Assembly: GCA_951406725.2 (NCBI GenBank)
Contig: OX597817.1
Span: forward strand, 9,734,001-9,798,000
DNA length: 64,000 nt
Reading direction: 5' to 3'
Source of the DNA: Octopus vulgaris
Lineage: Eukaryota
Numbering within the stretch: position 1 is the stretch's first letter; the number at the start of each line of letters is the position of its first letter. Shown piece by piece: positions 39,113 to 52,660 of this stretch. The translations under genes were made by a program, and so were the position numbers. The notes under the pieces were generated by a model. That model was not told the DNA's origin, searched no databases, and was given only the letters and a program-made list of their open reading frames with translations.

Positions 39113-39913
39113 CCTTTCTACTATAGGCACAAGACCTGAAATTTGTTGGGGGTGGGGGTGGATAGTCGATTACATCGACCCCAGTACGTAACTGGTACTT
39201 AATTTATCGACTCTGAACGGATGAAAGGCAAAGTCGACTTCGGCGGAATTTGAACACAGAATGTAGCGACGGGCGAAATACCGCTAAGCATTTCATCCAG
39301 CGTGCTAACGATTCTTATTTCTTTATTGCCCACGAGGGGTTAAGCATATAGCGGACAAACAAGGGCAGGCAAAGGGATTAAGTCGATTACGTCGACCCCA
39401 GTGCGTAACTGGTACTTAATTTATCGACCCCGAAAGGATGAAAGGCAAAGTCGAGATCGGCGGAATTTGAAATCAGAACGTAACAGCAGATGAAATACCT
39501 ATTTCTTTACTACCCACAAGGGGCTAAACACAGAGAGGACAAACAAGGACAGTGAAACGGATTAAGTCGATTATATCGACCCCAGTGTGTAACTGGTACT
39601 TATTTAATCGACCCCGAAAGGATGAAAGTCAAAGTCGACCTTGGCAGAATTTGAACTCAGAACGTAGCGGCAGACGAAATACCTATTTCTTTACTACCTA
39701 CAAGGGGCTAAACACAGCGGGGACAAACAAGGACAGACCAACGGATTAAGTCGATTATATCGACCCCAGTGCGTAACTGGTACTTATTTAATCGGCCCCG
39801 AAAGGATGAAAGGCAAAGACGACCTCGGCGGAATTTGAACTCAGAACGTAACGGCAGACGAAATACCGCTAAGCATTTCACCCGGCATGCTAACGATTCT
39901 GCCAGCTCGTCGT
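39113..39913 (-). mobile_element. SINE C multimer (one head, three bodies) adjoining an older SINE C
   Basis: Units start at 39316, 39500 and 39684 (184-bp period) with gaaatacc|tatttc junctions. Confidence 0.9.
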
Positions 39914-41268
39914 CTTTGAAGGGATGTCAAATCGTGATATTGAGGAAACTGAGTTTAGTCCTACACACATACACAGAGTCGTGTATGCAACTTCATCAAC
40001 GCTGCCAGCTATTTCAATATTTGTTTCTCATATAGACACTAGTCCAGAGATTCGTGTGCATAGATTAGTGGATCAATTTTACAGCGGAACGATGAAAGAC
40101 AAAGTTAACCTTGGCAGTATTTGAATTCTGAACATAACGTGCCGAAAGTAACACTTCGTAACACTTTGCCCGATGCCCTAATTCTATTAATCCATTACAC
40201 AATATTCCTAATGGAGAGACAAAGAAATCACTTGATCACAGTTAGTGATTCTGATGTAAAAGGTACTCTAATACTGACTCAGAAAACAATTATAAGAGTA
40301 CTTCGGCAAGTAGTTGTATTTTCTAATTGCTTATTCAACAGGAAGAGGGCAGCACCTATGACCCTTGTGATCTCCGAGAGTAGTGGGAGAAAGTTATCCT
40401 CGACCCAGAGATCTAGACTGAATACCTGTCTCTAAGTGAACTCTGCTGAAAGCACCCAAGGACCAAGTCATCGTGTGAAACCTGAAAGATTAAGTTTACT
40501 GCTCTTGAGTACGAGTTGCAAACAACAGGAAGAAATGCTCTAAATGATCTAGTACCAAGGAACAAATACTGCAAAGCAATTTTTCAGACACTTTAAAGAT
40601 TTTTCCAAATCACTGTCTTGTTAAAATGTCAAAACAAAGAAAAATAAAAGAAAGAAAAATGTTGATGTATCTCAGTAAAAATATGAATCTGCTCCGGCAT
40701 CTCACTGTACATCAACATTCCGATATCAATATTCCTTTTAATCGTTCCGGAGTCGATAAAATAAGTATTACTCCGTCGATATGATCGACCACCCAATAAA
40801 AATTGCTTGACCTTTTTCCTATGTTACAAATTGTTATTAAACAGTAACTATAACTTTGCCTTTAAAAAAGATAAAAACCAAAGATTATCATGGGAGGGAA
40901 ATAATGCCCATGATATCTGTAGAATCTTTCAGATTGGTGAAATTTCTGTTTCATTTAGAATATCTCTAAATCAACATTTGTAGGTAAAGTGTGGGTGTTG
41001 AAGAAATTTCAAGCAGCTGCAGTTCTTGTGAGGAAGGACTGGGTGAAGACTTATGCCGGTTTGAAGATGTAATTTACGGTAATGGGGATAACAGGAGGAA
41101 GAGGAGGAAAAATAAGTATGGTTCTTTGTTACGTGTTGTGTGGAATTAGAACACCCTATTGGTTGGCTCCTAGTGGACTGTGTCACAATATAAATGGACA
41201 TACGCAGATTCATTTGAGCAGTGTAAAGCCGAGAGCTGCGTATTGTCGAGGGTTATTACCAGTATCCC

Positions 41269-41656
41269 GGAGGCGCAATGGCCCAGTGGTTAGGGCAGCG
41301 GACTCGCGGTCGTAGGATCGCGGTTTCGATTCCCAGACCGGGCGTTGTGAGTGTTCATTGAGCGAAAACACCTAAAAGCTCCACGAGGCTCCGGCAGGGA
41401 TGGTGGTGATCCCTGCTGTACTCTTTCACCACGACTTTCTCTCACTCTTACTTCCTGTTTCTGTTGTACCTGTATTTCAAGGGGCCGGCCTTGTCACTCT
41501 CTGTGTCACGCTGAATATCCCCGAGAACTACGTTAAGGGTGCACGTGTCTGTGGAGTGCTCAGCCACTTACACGTTAATTTCATGAGCAGGCTGTTCCGT
41601 TGATTCGGATCAACCGGGACCCTCATCGTCGTAACCGACGGAGTGCTTCCATCCAC
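41269..41656 (+). mobile_element. SINE B (head1/mid1, tail X) with 13-bp TSD
   Basis: attaccagtatcc at 41255-41267 and 41657-41669. Confidence 0.93.
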
Positions 41657-42115
41657 ATTACCAGTATCCTGAATAGAACGATTTGCAAAGACATTATCAT
41701 TATCCTGTTATATCGTTCATCGAATCTGCGATACAACATTGACGAAGAGCACAGCAACCAGTTTCAGATTGAATTCGTATGTCATTGGAAATTTTGTCCC
41801 CGAATTATAGCATTTGACATTATCAGCCCAGAGTGTTTCACACTTAAAACAATTTTAAGAGATGATGATAGACAAAATAATTCTAAACGTTGCAATTTAG
41901 CTTCAAATTTCAAGGCTAAAATCGCAGCGATGTCTTTTATTTTCCTCTCAATCAATCGAAAATAAAGAAAACACCTACCAGTGATATTCTAAGGTTGATC
42001 TCATGATATCACTATTGTTAGAGTTATTACGGTTGAAGGTGTATAAATATGGATATCCATGTGACTATGTGCATATTTTTAAATGTGTACGTAAACAGGT
42101 ATGTGTATGTGTATA

Positions 42116-42348
42116 AGGCGGCGAGCTGGCAGAAACGTTAGCACGCCGGGCGGAATGCTTTGCGGTATTTCGTCTGCCGTTACGTTCTGAGTTCAAATTC
42201 CGCCGAGATGGACGTTGCCTTTCATCCTATCGGGGTCGATAAATTAAGCACCAGTTACGCACTGGGGTTGATGTAATCGACTTAATATCTATGTCTGCCC
42301 TTGTTTGTCCCCTCTACGTTTAGCCCCTTGTGGGTAATAAAGAAATAG
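42116..42348 (+). mobile_element. SINE C
   Basis: Full family match. Confidence 0.9.
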
Positions 42349-43769
42349 CTATGTGTATATGTATATCTAGTCATTTCTTTGTATGTGTGCGTGGATGCGT
42401 GCTTGTGTGTGTGCGTGTGTATGTGTGTGTTGTATAATGAGATATTTGACTTTTGTATGATGGGGATTCGAATTTAAACATTCCCAAAACCGAAGCAGGA
42501 AACGGGTTATTGAAGAAAGAAATTGCCTATTAACTCTAGTAAGAGGTCGAAAAAATAAAAAATAAAGGATATTCCGGGTTACCAGAACTATTTCCTCTCA
42601 GTCTGGCTGTGACTGACTGCTTAATTTTACTACTTACTTTCATAAACCTACACTCGTTTCAAGATTACATGTTTGTATAGGAGTCATTTCGTAAAGTGCA
42701 CTTCCTAGCTAACACAGCTTGGCTTATCTACCTGCATCAGTAGAATCGAGAATTAAAAGTGAAGAACGTGTAAAATCTTTGCCCGCTAGCTAAGAACGAT
42801 TCATATATCGCAATTAATATTCTTTACAAGCCAACGTGTAAGTAGGTATCCCTCGTGGAACTTTCTAGTAGTTTTTTCATTATAGATATCGTTAGGGTAA
42901 TATTACACATAAATTTACCTCACTGCAAACTTGATAACTACTCTCATAAAAAGTAACACAAAAATAAAACAATTTGAAAGCAAAAACGAAATATATACTA
43001 TTTGCAATGTTTGGTTAGTGTTGAATTTGAAAAGAAAATTTAACTAAAAACACTTTTTTTTCATGCGTTTTAGTTTATTTTGTTTCTTTTTGTTTGAGAG
43101 AAAAGCAGAAAGAAAAATGCATGAGGGATAACTTAATATTTTCACTAAGATAAAGGGAGCAATAGTTATTTGTATATGTTATCCAATAACAATGGCGCAG
43201 TTTCGGTTCATAAAGTCCACATTCTAAGGAACTGCGACGCCACCCAGAATATTCGTAATTAGAATATTTTGAGACTGTTGCCACCACTTCCACTACCTTG
43301 TTCGTTAATAGTTTTAAACAGTCTTATTTTATACTGCTTTTTCAATCCCACGCAACATTTACAAACTATTAAAGAAAAGCAAAAAAAAAAAAAAGATAAA
43401 GAACAAAAAAAATATATACCGAGCACTTATAAAGGCGAGAATGTTTTTCAAAGAATCTTGGCTAGCTTTTAATTATTGTAATTGAGTGGGAAGAGAGTTT
43501 TAGAACATTTAAAGCAAGAACAGAAACATTGAAAACATTATCCAATAGGGCAATGCTGTTTTGTCTCCTTTAGCAGCAACAAAGATACATAATAAAAAAA
43601 GATGAGAAAGAGAAAATAATAATAAATTGCCCCTCCCCTTCAAAACATGAACAACAAGCAACCAGAACTCTCATAGAACTCTCTTTATCTCTTCTGGCAA
43701 TTTCACATCATCATCACAACAAAAAACTGTGACATAAAACAAGACTGTACTTCAGCTCCCAACAATTAT

Positions 43770-44200
43770 AGACTGTAGTCCAAGTGACACCCACACTGGA
43801 ATATTCTTCCCGCATCTGTTCTTACTACCCACAGACATTCTAAACGAAATCAAAAATTAACCTAACTGAATTGACAAAAAGGCGCTTCACTATCAGATTC
43901 CAACCTCTGATCCACAGACTTGCTGCCTCCTTACTTTACCATTTTTTTACCGCTGCTACTGCTACCTTCATAGTTAGTTCGGCTCGTGCCACACATACAC
44001 AGGGCTCACCTGACTCACCTAACTCCCCTCCATATTGTTCTTCCTCACCGGGGTTCCACATTAAGCACTTCTATCAGCCTTTCCTCTCCAGGCTGTTAAT
44101 ATCTGGATTCTTTTTCTGTTTATATTTTCAACCAACAACCTTTAAACTTCATCTGTTCAATAAAAACATCTGCAGCGTCGATGACATCGATCTCAGAGGG
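43770..44200 (+). mobile_element. Decayed LINE ORF2 C-terminus
   Basis: PTLEYSSRIC...HRLAASLLYHFF...HFYQPFLSRL...LHLFNKNI resembles CR1/Jockey-group C-termini. Confidence 0.5.
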
Positions 44201-44644
44201 TTATGAAGGCTATCATCACCGCTCTTTCTCCAAATCAAACTATTAAAAAAGCTGGCATCATGTTTATCTAATTCACTCAATTTTCGTGATGAATTACGAA
44301 ATTAAGTTTATCCTACTCAACTCCTGGAAAAACTAATTTCGATTACTGAGTAACCGATGATACAACAGCAAAATGATTACGACGACAGAAAGATATCAAC
44401 ATTATTAGCATTTCTTATCAGGAATATTCTATTGTTGTAGCTGAAAAAGTCTCCATAATGTATACATCATTGATCTTTCATATCGTCTTTTCAACAGAAT
44501 GTGATGGAGATTTTGAAAGTTACAGCCAGTCAAATCGGAATCGTGATAGCCTAACAGATTTTAAAGTTTTCAACCTGAAAATCTGCTAAGTTTCAGGTTA
44601 CAAACCTGAACTTCGCCCAGTCATTGGCGTTGCGATATATAGAG

Positions 44645-45027
44645 AATACCAAACGAGTTCCCTATGGATACCGTATTTATTACAACGAGTGGCTTGTAAA
44701 CGTTTACAAGCCACGAGTTGTAATAAATACGGTATCCATAGGGAATGAGTTTGGTATTTTATTTATTACACACGAATAAACGACCATATTTTATTAACCC
44801 AATAACTAAATTCTTCACGTTTAGTTGTAACTTATGAATGACAAAAGTAGTGCCGTTACCGTGACCTCAAGTCATCACCATGGATTGACCAATCAGAAGC
44901 AGCGCTGTCACCGTGACCTCGGTTCATCACCATGGATTGACCAATCAGAAGCAGCGCTCGCAGTATCTGACATATGTTAGATACCAAAAATATCTCAAAG
45001 TGTTCTCACTCACATGTGTGTAATAAA
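44645..45027. mobile_element. Non-coding palindromic element (114-bp foldback, 11-bp IR pair, 2 x 52-bp CCAAT repeat)
   Basis: Arms 44645-44701 and 44702-44758. tttattacaca at 44762 and tgtgtaataaa at 45017. Tandem units 44855-44906 and 44907-44958. Confidence 0.7.
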
Positions 45028-45949
45028 CCACTATACTACTTCATTGCCAAGGGTCTAGATAATCTTACTATAAATATGTGCCAAACTCAAGTTAAATTTA
45101 TTGATACAAAGGACATGAGAATGTATAATTGACAAGCACATGACAATAATGGTAACATTTATTTCATGTATTTGGACGTGGAAACAGTAAAGCCCCAATG
45201 TAGGACGAGAAAATAAATGGTTTCTAGGTCCGAAAGATAACAGTTAAAGTCTTAGTGCAGTGTGCGATAAAGTTTCGTTTCATAATTGTATCCGCTTTAC
45301 TGAAAGGCTACTTTACTTCTCTTACTCCACCAGTGTACTTAGAAAAGGCTTCAACATGGCAGCATATCATCTTATACTAATAAGTATGAGATCTTGTTTC
45401 CTTACAAAATTCCAGCAATGCACAAATGGAACCATTTTTATGAATCTAATAATAAAATAATATATTATATTGTAGTGGGATATTGAAAAGCGTTTTATAA
45501 AATAAAACTAATAATAATAATAAAAGACAAAAATGGATATTTTAAATAGATGCTAATCTGCCGGAGGCTTTCCTGGTTAGAAAAAGAAAAAAGAAATTAG
45601 AAACTGATAATTCTTAATTTAATTTCTTTGATCAAATTAGACATCCAGTGGCGATCAAAAGTCGCCACTTAATGATGAATGTAAATGTTTGTTTAAATAA
45701 TACACAAATACAGTGTATACTGTAAGGATTATTGTGAAATGTAGTTTTATATTCAGCAGAATGAATTCTCCCACTGGTCATACATAGGCCTTGATTTACT
45801 TTAAAGTAACTTGTATTACTATGAATTACATGTAAGGTAAGTCGTTTGACACAGACGTTATTTATTCTAAAGTAAAAGGGAAAATAAGTTAAATTCTCCT
45901 TTAGCATATATACTTGTCTCGTGAAAGAAGTTCAGTATTCCTCTGATAC

Positions 45950-46181
45950 AGGTGGCGAGCTGGCAGAAACGTTAGCACACCTGGCGAAATGCGTAGCCGT
46001 ATTTCGTCTGCCGTTACGTTCTGAGTTCAAATTCCGCCGAGGTCGACTTTGCCTTTCATCCTTTCGGAGTCGATAAATTAAGTACCAGTTACGCACTGGG
46101 GTCGATGGAATCGACTTAATCACTTTGTCTGTCCTTGTTTGTCCCCTCTGTGTTTAGACCCTTGTGGGTAGTAAAGAAATA
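45950..46181 (+). mobile_element. SINE C with TSD tattcctctgata
   Basis: Family match with the duplication on both flanks. Confidence 0.9.
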
Positions 46182-46875
46182 TATTCCTCTGATATTGTTG
46201 TTGTTGAAATTTCTTTATATCGTGCAATTTCTGGACAGCGGTGTTAGAAATGGCTGATACAGTGATCTGGTAGTAGCTCTGCAATAACATAAGCCAAAGA
46301 AACACTTACCAGGGACGCGGTATCTATTTACCGATTGGTACATTGACCGAGCAACTGAAAACTAGAGAAAACGTATGTCGCTGACGATTTGCGAGTTTTC
46401 AACAACCCTGTACAGTTACTAATAAACAACTACTGTCAGTATATATGGTTTCTGTTGAGAGCAGATGTGTGAATGGCATATTATAAGAACTGATGTTCAC
46501 TTCGCAAACAAGCAGTTAGTAGTTTTCTAGCCAAATGCATCGGATAACACGTATCAACAACATGATGAAGATTAGTCTATATAAATACCATCTTCTTGTC
46601 TACTAACAAGAACTACAACGATATGTGAACGAAAATTTCCGAAACTCTGCAGAAACGTTTTACACTGGGTATAAAAACTGTGAGTGAAGATGGGTAGAAA
46701 GGAAAGGGATAGATAGAGAAAACTAAATAAATAGAAGATGGGCGCGAAGAAAGAGAGAAACGTGGTAGATAGGTAATATGCTTGCAAATATGCACATACG
46801 CATGCAACATATTCTAAGTTTTTCAAGCTATTTTTCGCATCTAAAGATTCACATGATACTTCTATATATAACGAC

Positions 46876-47036
46876 TGGCTTTGTGATGAGTAGCTTGCTT
46901 ACCAGCCACATGGTTCTGGGTTCATTCCCACTGCGTGGCACCTTGGGCGAGTGTCTTCTACTATAGCCTCGGGCCGACCAAAGCCATGTGAGTGGATTTG
47001 GTAGACGGAAACTGAAAGAAGCCTGTCGTACATATG

Positions 47037-47071
<35 letters not shown>

Positions 47072-47270
47072 CTGTGTTTTCCCCCCAACATCGCTTGACA
47101 ACCGATGCTGGTGTGTTTACGTTCCCGTAACTTAGCGGTTCGGCAAAAGAGACCGATCGAATAAGTACTAGGGTTCCAAAGAATAAGTCATGGGGTCGAT
47201 TTGCTCGAGTAAAGGCGGTGATCCAGCATGGCCACAGTCAAATGACTGAAACAAGTAAAAGAGTAAAGAG
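46876..47270 (+). mobile_element. SINE A followed by (TATG)n(TATC)n
   Basis: Family match. Confidence 0.9.
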
Positions 47271-47334
47271 TATGTATGTATGTATGTATGTATGTATGTA
47301 TGTATGTATGTATGTATGTATGTATCTATCTATC

Positions 47335-47415
<81 letters not shown>

Positions 47416-48388
47416 GTCTATCTATCCATCTATCTGTATGTCTGTCTATTTATCTAGGTACCTATTTGTACTGCACAAAAATTCGTCCGTACCTACATAC
47501 ATACACTTATAAATGCGCATGTACACACATATACACATATATAAGCCTGTTTGTGCGCGCACGCGCGCGTGTGTGCATGCTTGCGAGCGTGCGTATGTGT
47601 ATGTCTGTCTGTCTATGTTTATGGATTTATGTATGTCTATACATAACCTAAGAATGCCTGAGGAACAACGCCTTGTTAAAATAGCAGCAAAAATAATCAA
47701 AACTTGAAACCTTTGACCTAATCCCGAAGCAAATCCCAAAGGTAAATGCAGATAAAGTGGATTAATATATCTGATCAAATATATTATCTCTGACACGTAT
47801 TTCAAGAATAAGGTCTATCGGATCCCTTGTTTATATTGTTGATGAATGCCCTGTAATTTATGTTGATAAAACTTGAAGATTATATAATTCGGTTTGGAAA
47901 AATAAACAACTAATCTGACGCAACTTAACGGTTGCTTGTTGACGATATCAGACACTAAATCTAAATGTTAGTCAGCCTGGAGAAGTATCATGACTAGCTT
48001 AAATGTTCACGCAGGATATCAGATGGAAATTTAATCAAGGTATATCTGCATACAGGATTTTTAAATGATTAGCAACGAATTAGTTTGATGCTTTGACTAT
48101 CAGTAGCCTAAGTATTTCTCCTAAATCTCAGCATGAATATTACATGAATCCTTTTGTTGCGCTTGTAAAAGGAAACTTGTAAGTTGAGAAAGTTACACCA
48201 GTATATTAGTATAGCGTGCAGATGTTCTCCAATACATCACTTTGATTATCACCTGGCTAATTCGTAGCTTTAGATGAGTCATTTTGTTGTGAAACTTCAA
48301 ACCATTTCTTTCCCTGTAATTTTACCTCCTCCTTCAACCAGTCTTGGAAATTCCTGCAATGATAATAATAATTAAAATAATAATAATG

Positions 48389-48441
<53 letters not shown>

Positions 48442-48461
48442 TATAATAATAATAATAATAA

Positions 48462-48751
48462 GTCGATAGATATGACTGGTTAGCTTGAGTGGTTAAGTTG
48501 TTGTGGTCGATGAAAAACGTGGTAGTGGTACCAATAATTGTCGCAGCCCTGGGAACAGTGAGTAAAAATCTTGAGACGTACGTGGAATAAACAGGAGCTG
48601 CAATAAGGGTGTAGCACTTGCAAAAAATGGCACTGCTTGGAACCGCTCGAATCGTCCGGAAGGTGCTCCAAAAATAAGAGGTGTTACCTTAGTTCACTGG
48701 TAGTGAACAGCTGACACCGTAGTACATCTTTGTTAGAAGCTGTGCAAAGGC
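48462..48751 (+). mobile_element. R4/Dong-like 3' end in (AAT)n
   Basis: LWSMKNVVVVPIIVAALG...LQKMALLGTARIVRKVLQK*, with internal stops. Confidence 0.82.
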
Positions 48752-48779
48752 AATAATAATGATGATGATGATGATGATG

Positions 48780-48837
<58 letters not shown>

Positions 48838-48839
<2 letters not shown>

Positions 48840-49237
48840 GCCCTGATGCAGTACCAGGCAGTGGCTCTCATGGCTTCTGATCTTAACTGATTGGAAGTGT
48901 TATCATGTACATTGTTTTGTCTTGGTATAAAAGTTGGGCTACAGTAAATATTCTGCTCAATACCACAGATTTGCTTGTCAGTTGTTTGACCTTAACCAGT
49001 TGAGCATGTCCCTTAGTGGCTGACGATATGTGCATCTCTGATCACAAGCAGAAGTAGTGGGGGAGCATCATAGCCATGTGTTGAGAGGGATTCTTTGGGG
49101 TTTGAATAATTCACCTCTGGAAACATGGGTCGTTCATTCAACATCCTTAAACAACCCTTTATCAGGGACCTGGGTATATTGGGCATCGTATATTTTACCC
49201 CAGTGTCACTTTGATGACATGACCTGCTCTCTCACTC

Positions 49238-49238
<1 letters not shown>
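48838..49238. mobile_element. Non-coding insert bounded by (AAT)n, probably the 3' UTR of another microsatellite-targeting element
   Basis: Sharp (AAT)n boundaries on both sides; no coding signal recognised. Confidence 0.5.
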
Positions 49239-49287
<49 letters not shown>

Positions 49288-49288
<1 letters not shown>

Positions 49289-49553
49289 CTAAAAACAGAA
49301 ACAATTCCTATCATAGTAGGTGCATTAGGCATGATAAAAAAATATTCAGACAAATACATAACAAAAACACCAGGACTTACAAACACATATAACATACAGA
49401 AAATTGCACTACTAGGCACTGCACACATCCTATGCAGAACACTTTCCATGCAATAACCATCAGAGCATCACAACAAATCACAGCACATACCCAAGGCACA
49501 CAGAGCTGCGCTCGGTAGTGAAGTGAAAGCACGCTATAAAAATAAAACTACTG
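49288..49553 (+). mobile_element. R4/Dong-like 3' end (different family) in (AAT)n
   Basis: LKTETIPIIVGALGMIKK...IQKIALLGTAHILCRTLSMQ*. Confidence 0.85.
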
Positions 49554-50568
49554 AATAATAATAATAACAATAATAATAAATATCTACAGTTTCCTGGAAT
49601 ATCTACAGTTTCCTGTGTGTATTTTTGAATTTCCCTAAATACACATAAACAATCAGCTTTAAAACCTTTAATATCTACACCTTTTGTAAATACCTATCAT
49701 TTCCCTTCCCCCCTGACTATTTGGAAATCTAAACATCCTCTTTATTCCAAGAACACTACAGTATTCTCTCTTCGGACAGACAAATGATATCGCCAGTAAA
49801 TTTTTAAAACTTTATATCTAAAATTTTCTTTCGAAAAAAAATTTTACTTCCCTTTTCTTTTGGTTCCTTTTTCCCTGAATATTCGAAAATGTAAACATCC
49901 TTTTTATTGAAAAAAAACCCCGTTTTCTCTGAACAGACATACAAATGAACACCTCAAAAAATTTAGAAGATTTAATATCTCCAATTTTTTGGGAACATTT
50001 GTTTTCCTTTCTTCCCTGACTAACAGAATATGTAAACATGCCTTTTATTGTAACAGCACAATTAAATGCACGATAAAAAATTAAGGAAGTGAGCACCTGC
50101 CAATATACACATACTGCACAACTGCAAAAACTGTAAACCACAGCAAAACTTTTAAAGAGAAAAGAAAAATTCCAAAAGAAAAAGAAATTCAGAAATTCAA
50201 AAATCCAACAAGGTGAACATCTCTTCCTCCTACTATTCCCCAAAAACTGGAAATCTGCAATTTCCTGTGAATATTTTAACTCTCCCTCAAAATATATTAA
50301 GTTGGGAAACTTACATACCTACTGTTTTCGAACACACTATTCTAAGAACACTACTATTTCTCTCTGTGCGGTCATACAAAATACCATATTTAGTAAATCT
50401 TAGAATTTTACTATCTGCAACTTGTTTTCTTTTCTTTTTGACTCTCCCTGAGTAATTGAAAACGTAAACACACCTTTTATTGCAACAACACAATTGAATT
50501 CAGAAATTCAAAAATTCAACGACGAGAATATCAGTATATATGTGTGTGTGTATATATACATACATACG

Positions 50569-50664
<96 letters not shown>

Positions 50665-51140
50665 TGTGTGTGTGTATGTATATATATATATATATATATA
50701 TTTATACATTATTATTGTTTTTTTCTATCAGTAATTACAAATAGAATAGGTTGAATTGCTTCTTTTCAAGGCAGCGCTGTCAGCGGCCGCTGGTAGTAGT
50801 AAACACATTTGATCTCTGTTGACCCAAAGGGTGCGATGATTCTTTTGTGTTTATGGCTGACCTCTCCTCCATATGCCAAACTTATTTATAGGCCTGTAGT
50901 ACATGATCTGTTCACCAAACTACTGCCCAACTATTTCCTCCAACAATGGTAGTGGTGGTGTGGTGATAATGAAAAAAATAAATGTAATAATAATATGCTG
51001 TAGCTGCTGATACTAAATACCACTAATACTAAATACCACTAATACTACAATAATACTACAAATACTACTATTATGATAGCACAAAATCTGAGGCCCAACT
51101 ACCACCCTTACCACTACCCTCACCCCTGCTACTGTTGGAG

Positions 51141-51429
51141 TTAGATATGACAGGTTAGCTTGGGAAGTTAAGCAGTTGTGGTTGAGGAAAAAGATAGCAG
51201 TAGTACCAATAATTGTCGGAGCCCTGGGGACTATGAGAAAAAATCTCGAGGAATACGTAGAACAAATAGGGGCTGCAATAAGGGCGGAGAAGTAGAAGAA
51301 TACAGCACTGCTTGGAACCGCTCGAATACTCCGGAAGGTGCTCGAAAAATAAGAGGTGTTACCTTAGTTCACTGGTACCAAACAGCTGATACTGTAGTAC
51401 ATCTCCAGCGTTAGAAGTTGTGCAAAAGC

Positions 51430-51430
<1 letters not shown>
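51141..51430 (+). mobile_element. R4/Dong-like 3' end, same family as 48462, followed by (AAT)n(GAT)n
   Basis: Nucleotide match to 48462-48751. Confidence 0.82.
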
Positions 51431-51516
<86 letters not shown>

Positions 51517-51532
51517 AGTAATAATAATAATG

Positions 51533-51598
<66 letters not shown>

Positions 51599-51719
51599 TG
51601 TGCACTTAACAAGATCATATTTCACAATGATTTTGCAGTTTTGGCACTAGTACCATTAATTGGGTTATTGGACTAGACACTTCGTGAGATATTCAGCCTG
51701 GACATCAGACTCTAAAAAA

Positions 51720-52660
51720 GTACTGGCCTCACCGACAGGATCTATGTGAGACGAAGCGATGATAGTAAAGTCATTAGCTCAGCCCATGCAGCCTTTTAGT
51801 GTCGTATTGTATCACTCAGACAAATCTTGCTGAACAGTGAGGAAAGAAATGAATATATTAAATGCATATTCAAATGTGAAAGCAACAACGTCTTCAGAGT
51901 TTGAAAAGAACTACTGAGCAGCTACTCTGATAATACAGCTGTCTGATGCGACCCAAAGGAGGCTGGACTGGCCTACATAAACAGAAGCAAGCATCATACC
52001 AACAAAAGCAATGCATGGGACATATCCCGTAAGCTAGAGTATAACAATAGCATTGATAGGAAGAGTGGCCTCTCTAGGACAGGAACAAGAGACAGCTACA
52101 AAAAACTTGATGAACAAAGGAGACAAAGTTACCACCAAACCACGTTGTGATAGAAAATGTCAGATCCTCTATGCCTGAGTGGAAGATATCACCCATCTCA
52201 TCAGCAACTGTCCCCAAATGTTTCGAGATACTTCCTGTTCCTAAGGCATGATATAGTTCGCTCTCTGCAAGAAGGATTCCCTTGACGTATACATCAAAGA
52301 CATTTCAGAACCAGAATGTATTCACACCTTTCAAAATTCAGGTGGAACATTCCAATAAAAAGAGTAAACCGGTGCAAGCATAACAGACCTGACATTGTTC
52401 CATGGCACAGGGAACAAAAGTCATGCACTGTTGTAGAGGTCAGTGAATTAATGCGGAACTTACAGCTCTTGTAGTCTGACAATAAGTTCTCGTTTATACC
52501 TATCATTATAGATGCATTGGGCTATATATCGACAAATTTTCACAAAGCCCTTGAAATACTAGGTGTTTTGAAGAAAGAGCAAAAGAAACTGATGCGGTTT
52601 TTCCCAATTCCAATTTATTCGCGGCACATTGAAGATTTGTATTCCAAAGATTCTCCACCC
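51720..52660 (+). mobile_element. Older RLE-type non-LTR relic (zinc knuckle and endonuclease region)
   Basis: KCQIL...VEDITHLISNCP...RHDIV...WNIPIK...KHNRPDIV. Confidence 0.6.

Noticed and set aside
39316-39913. Regularly spaced repeats suggesting a CRISPR array
   Set aside because: The units are whole 184-bp SINE bodies with no unique spacers, no cas genes, and a eukaryotic context.
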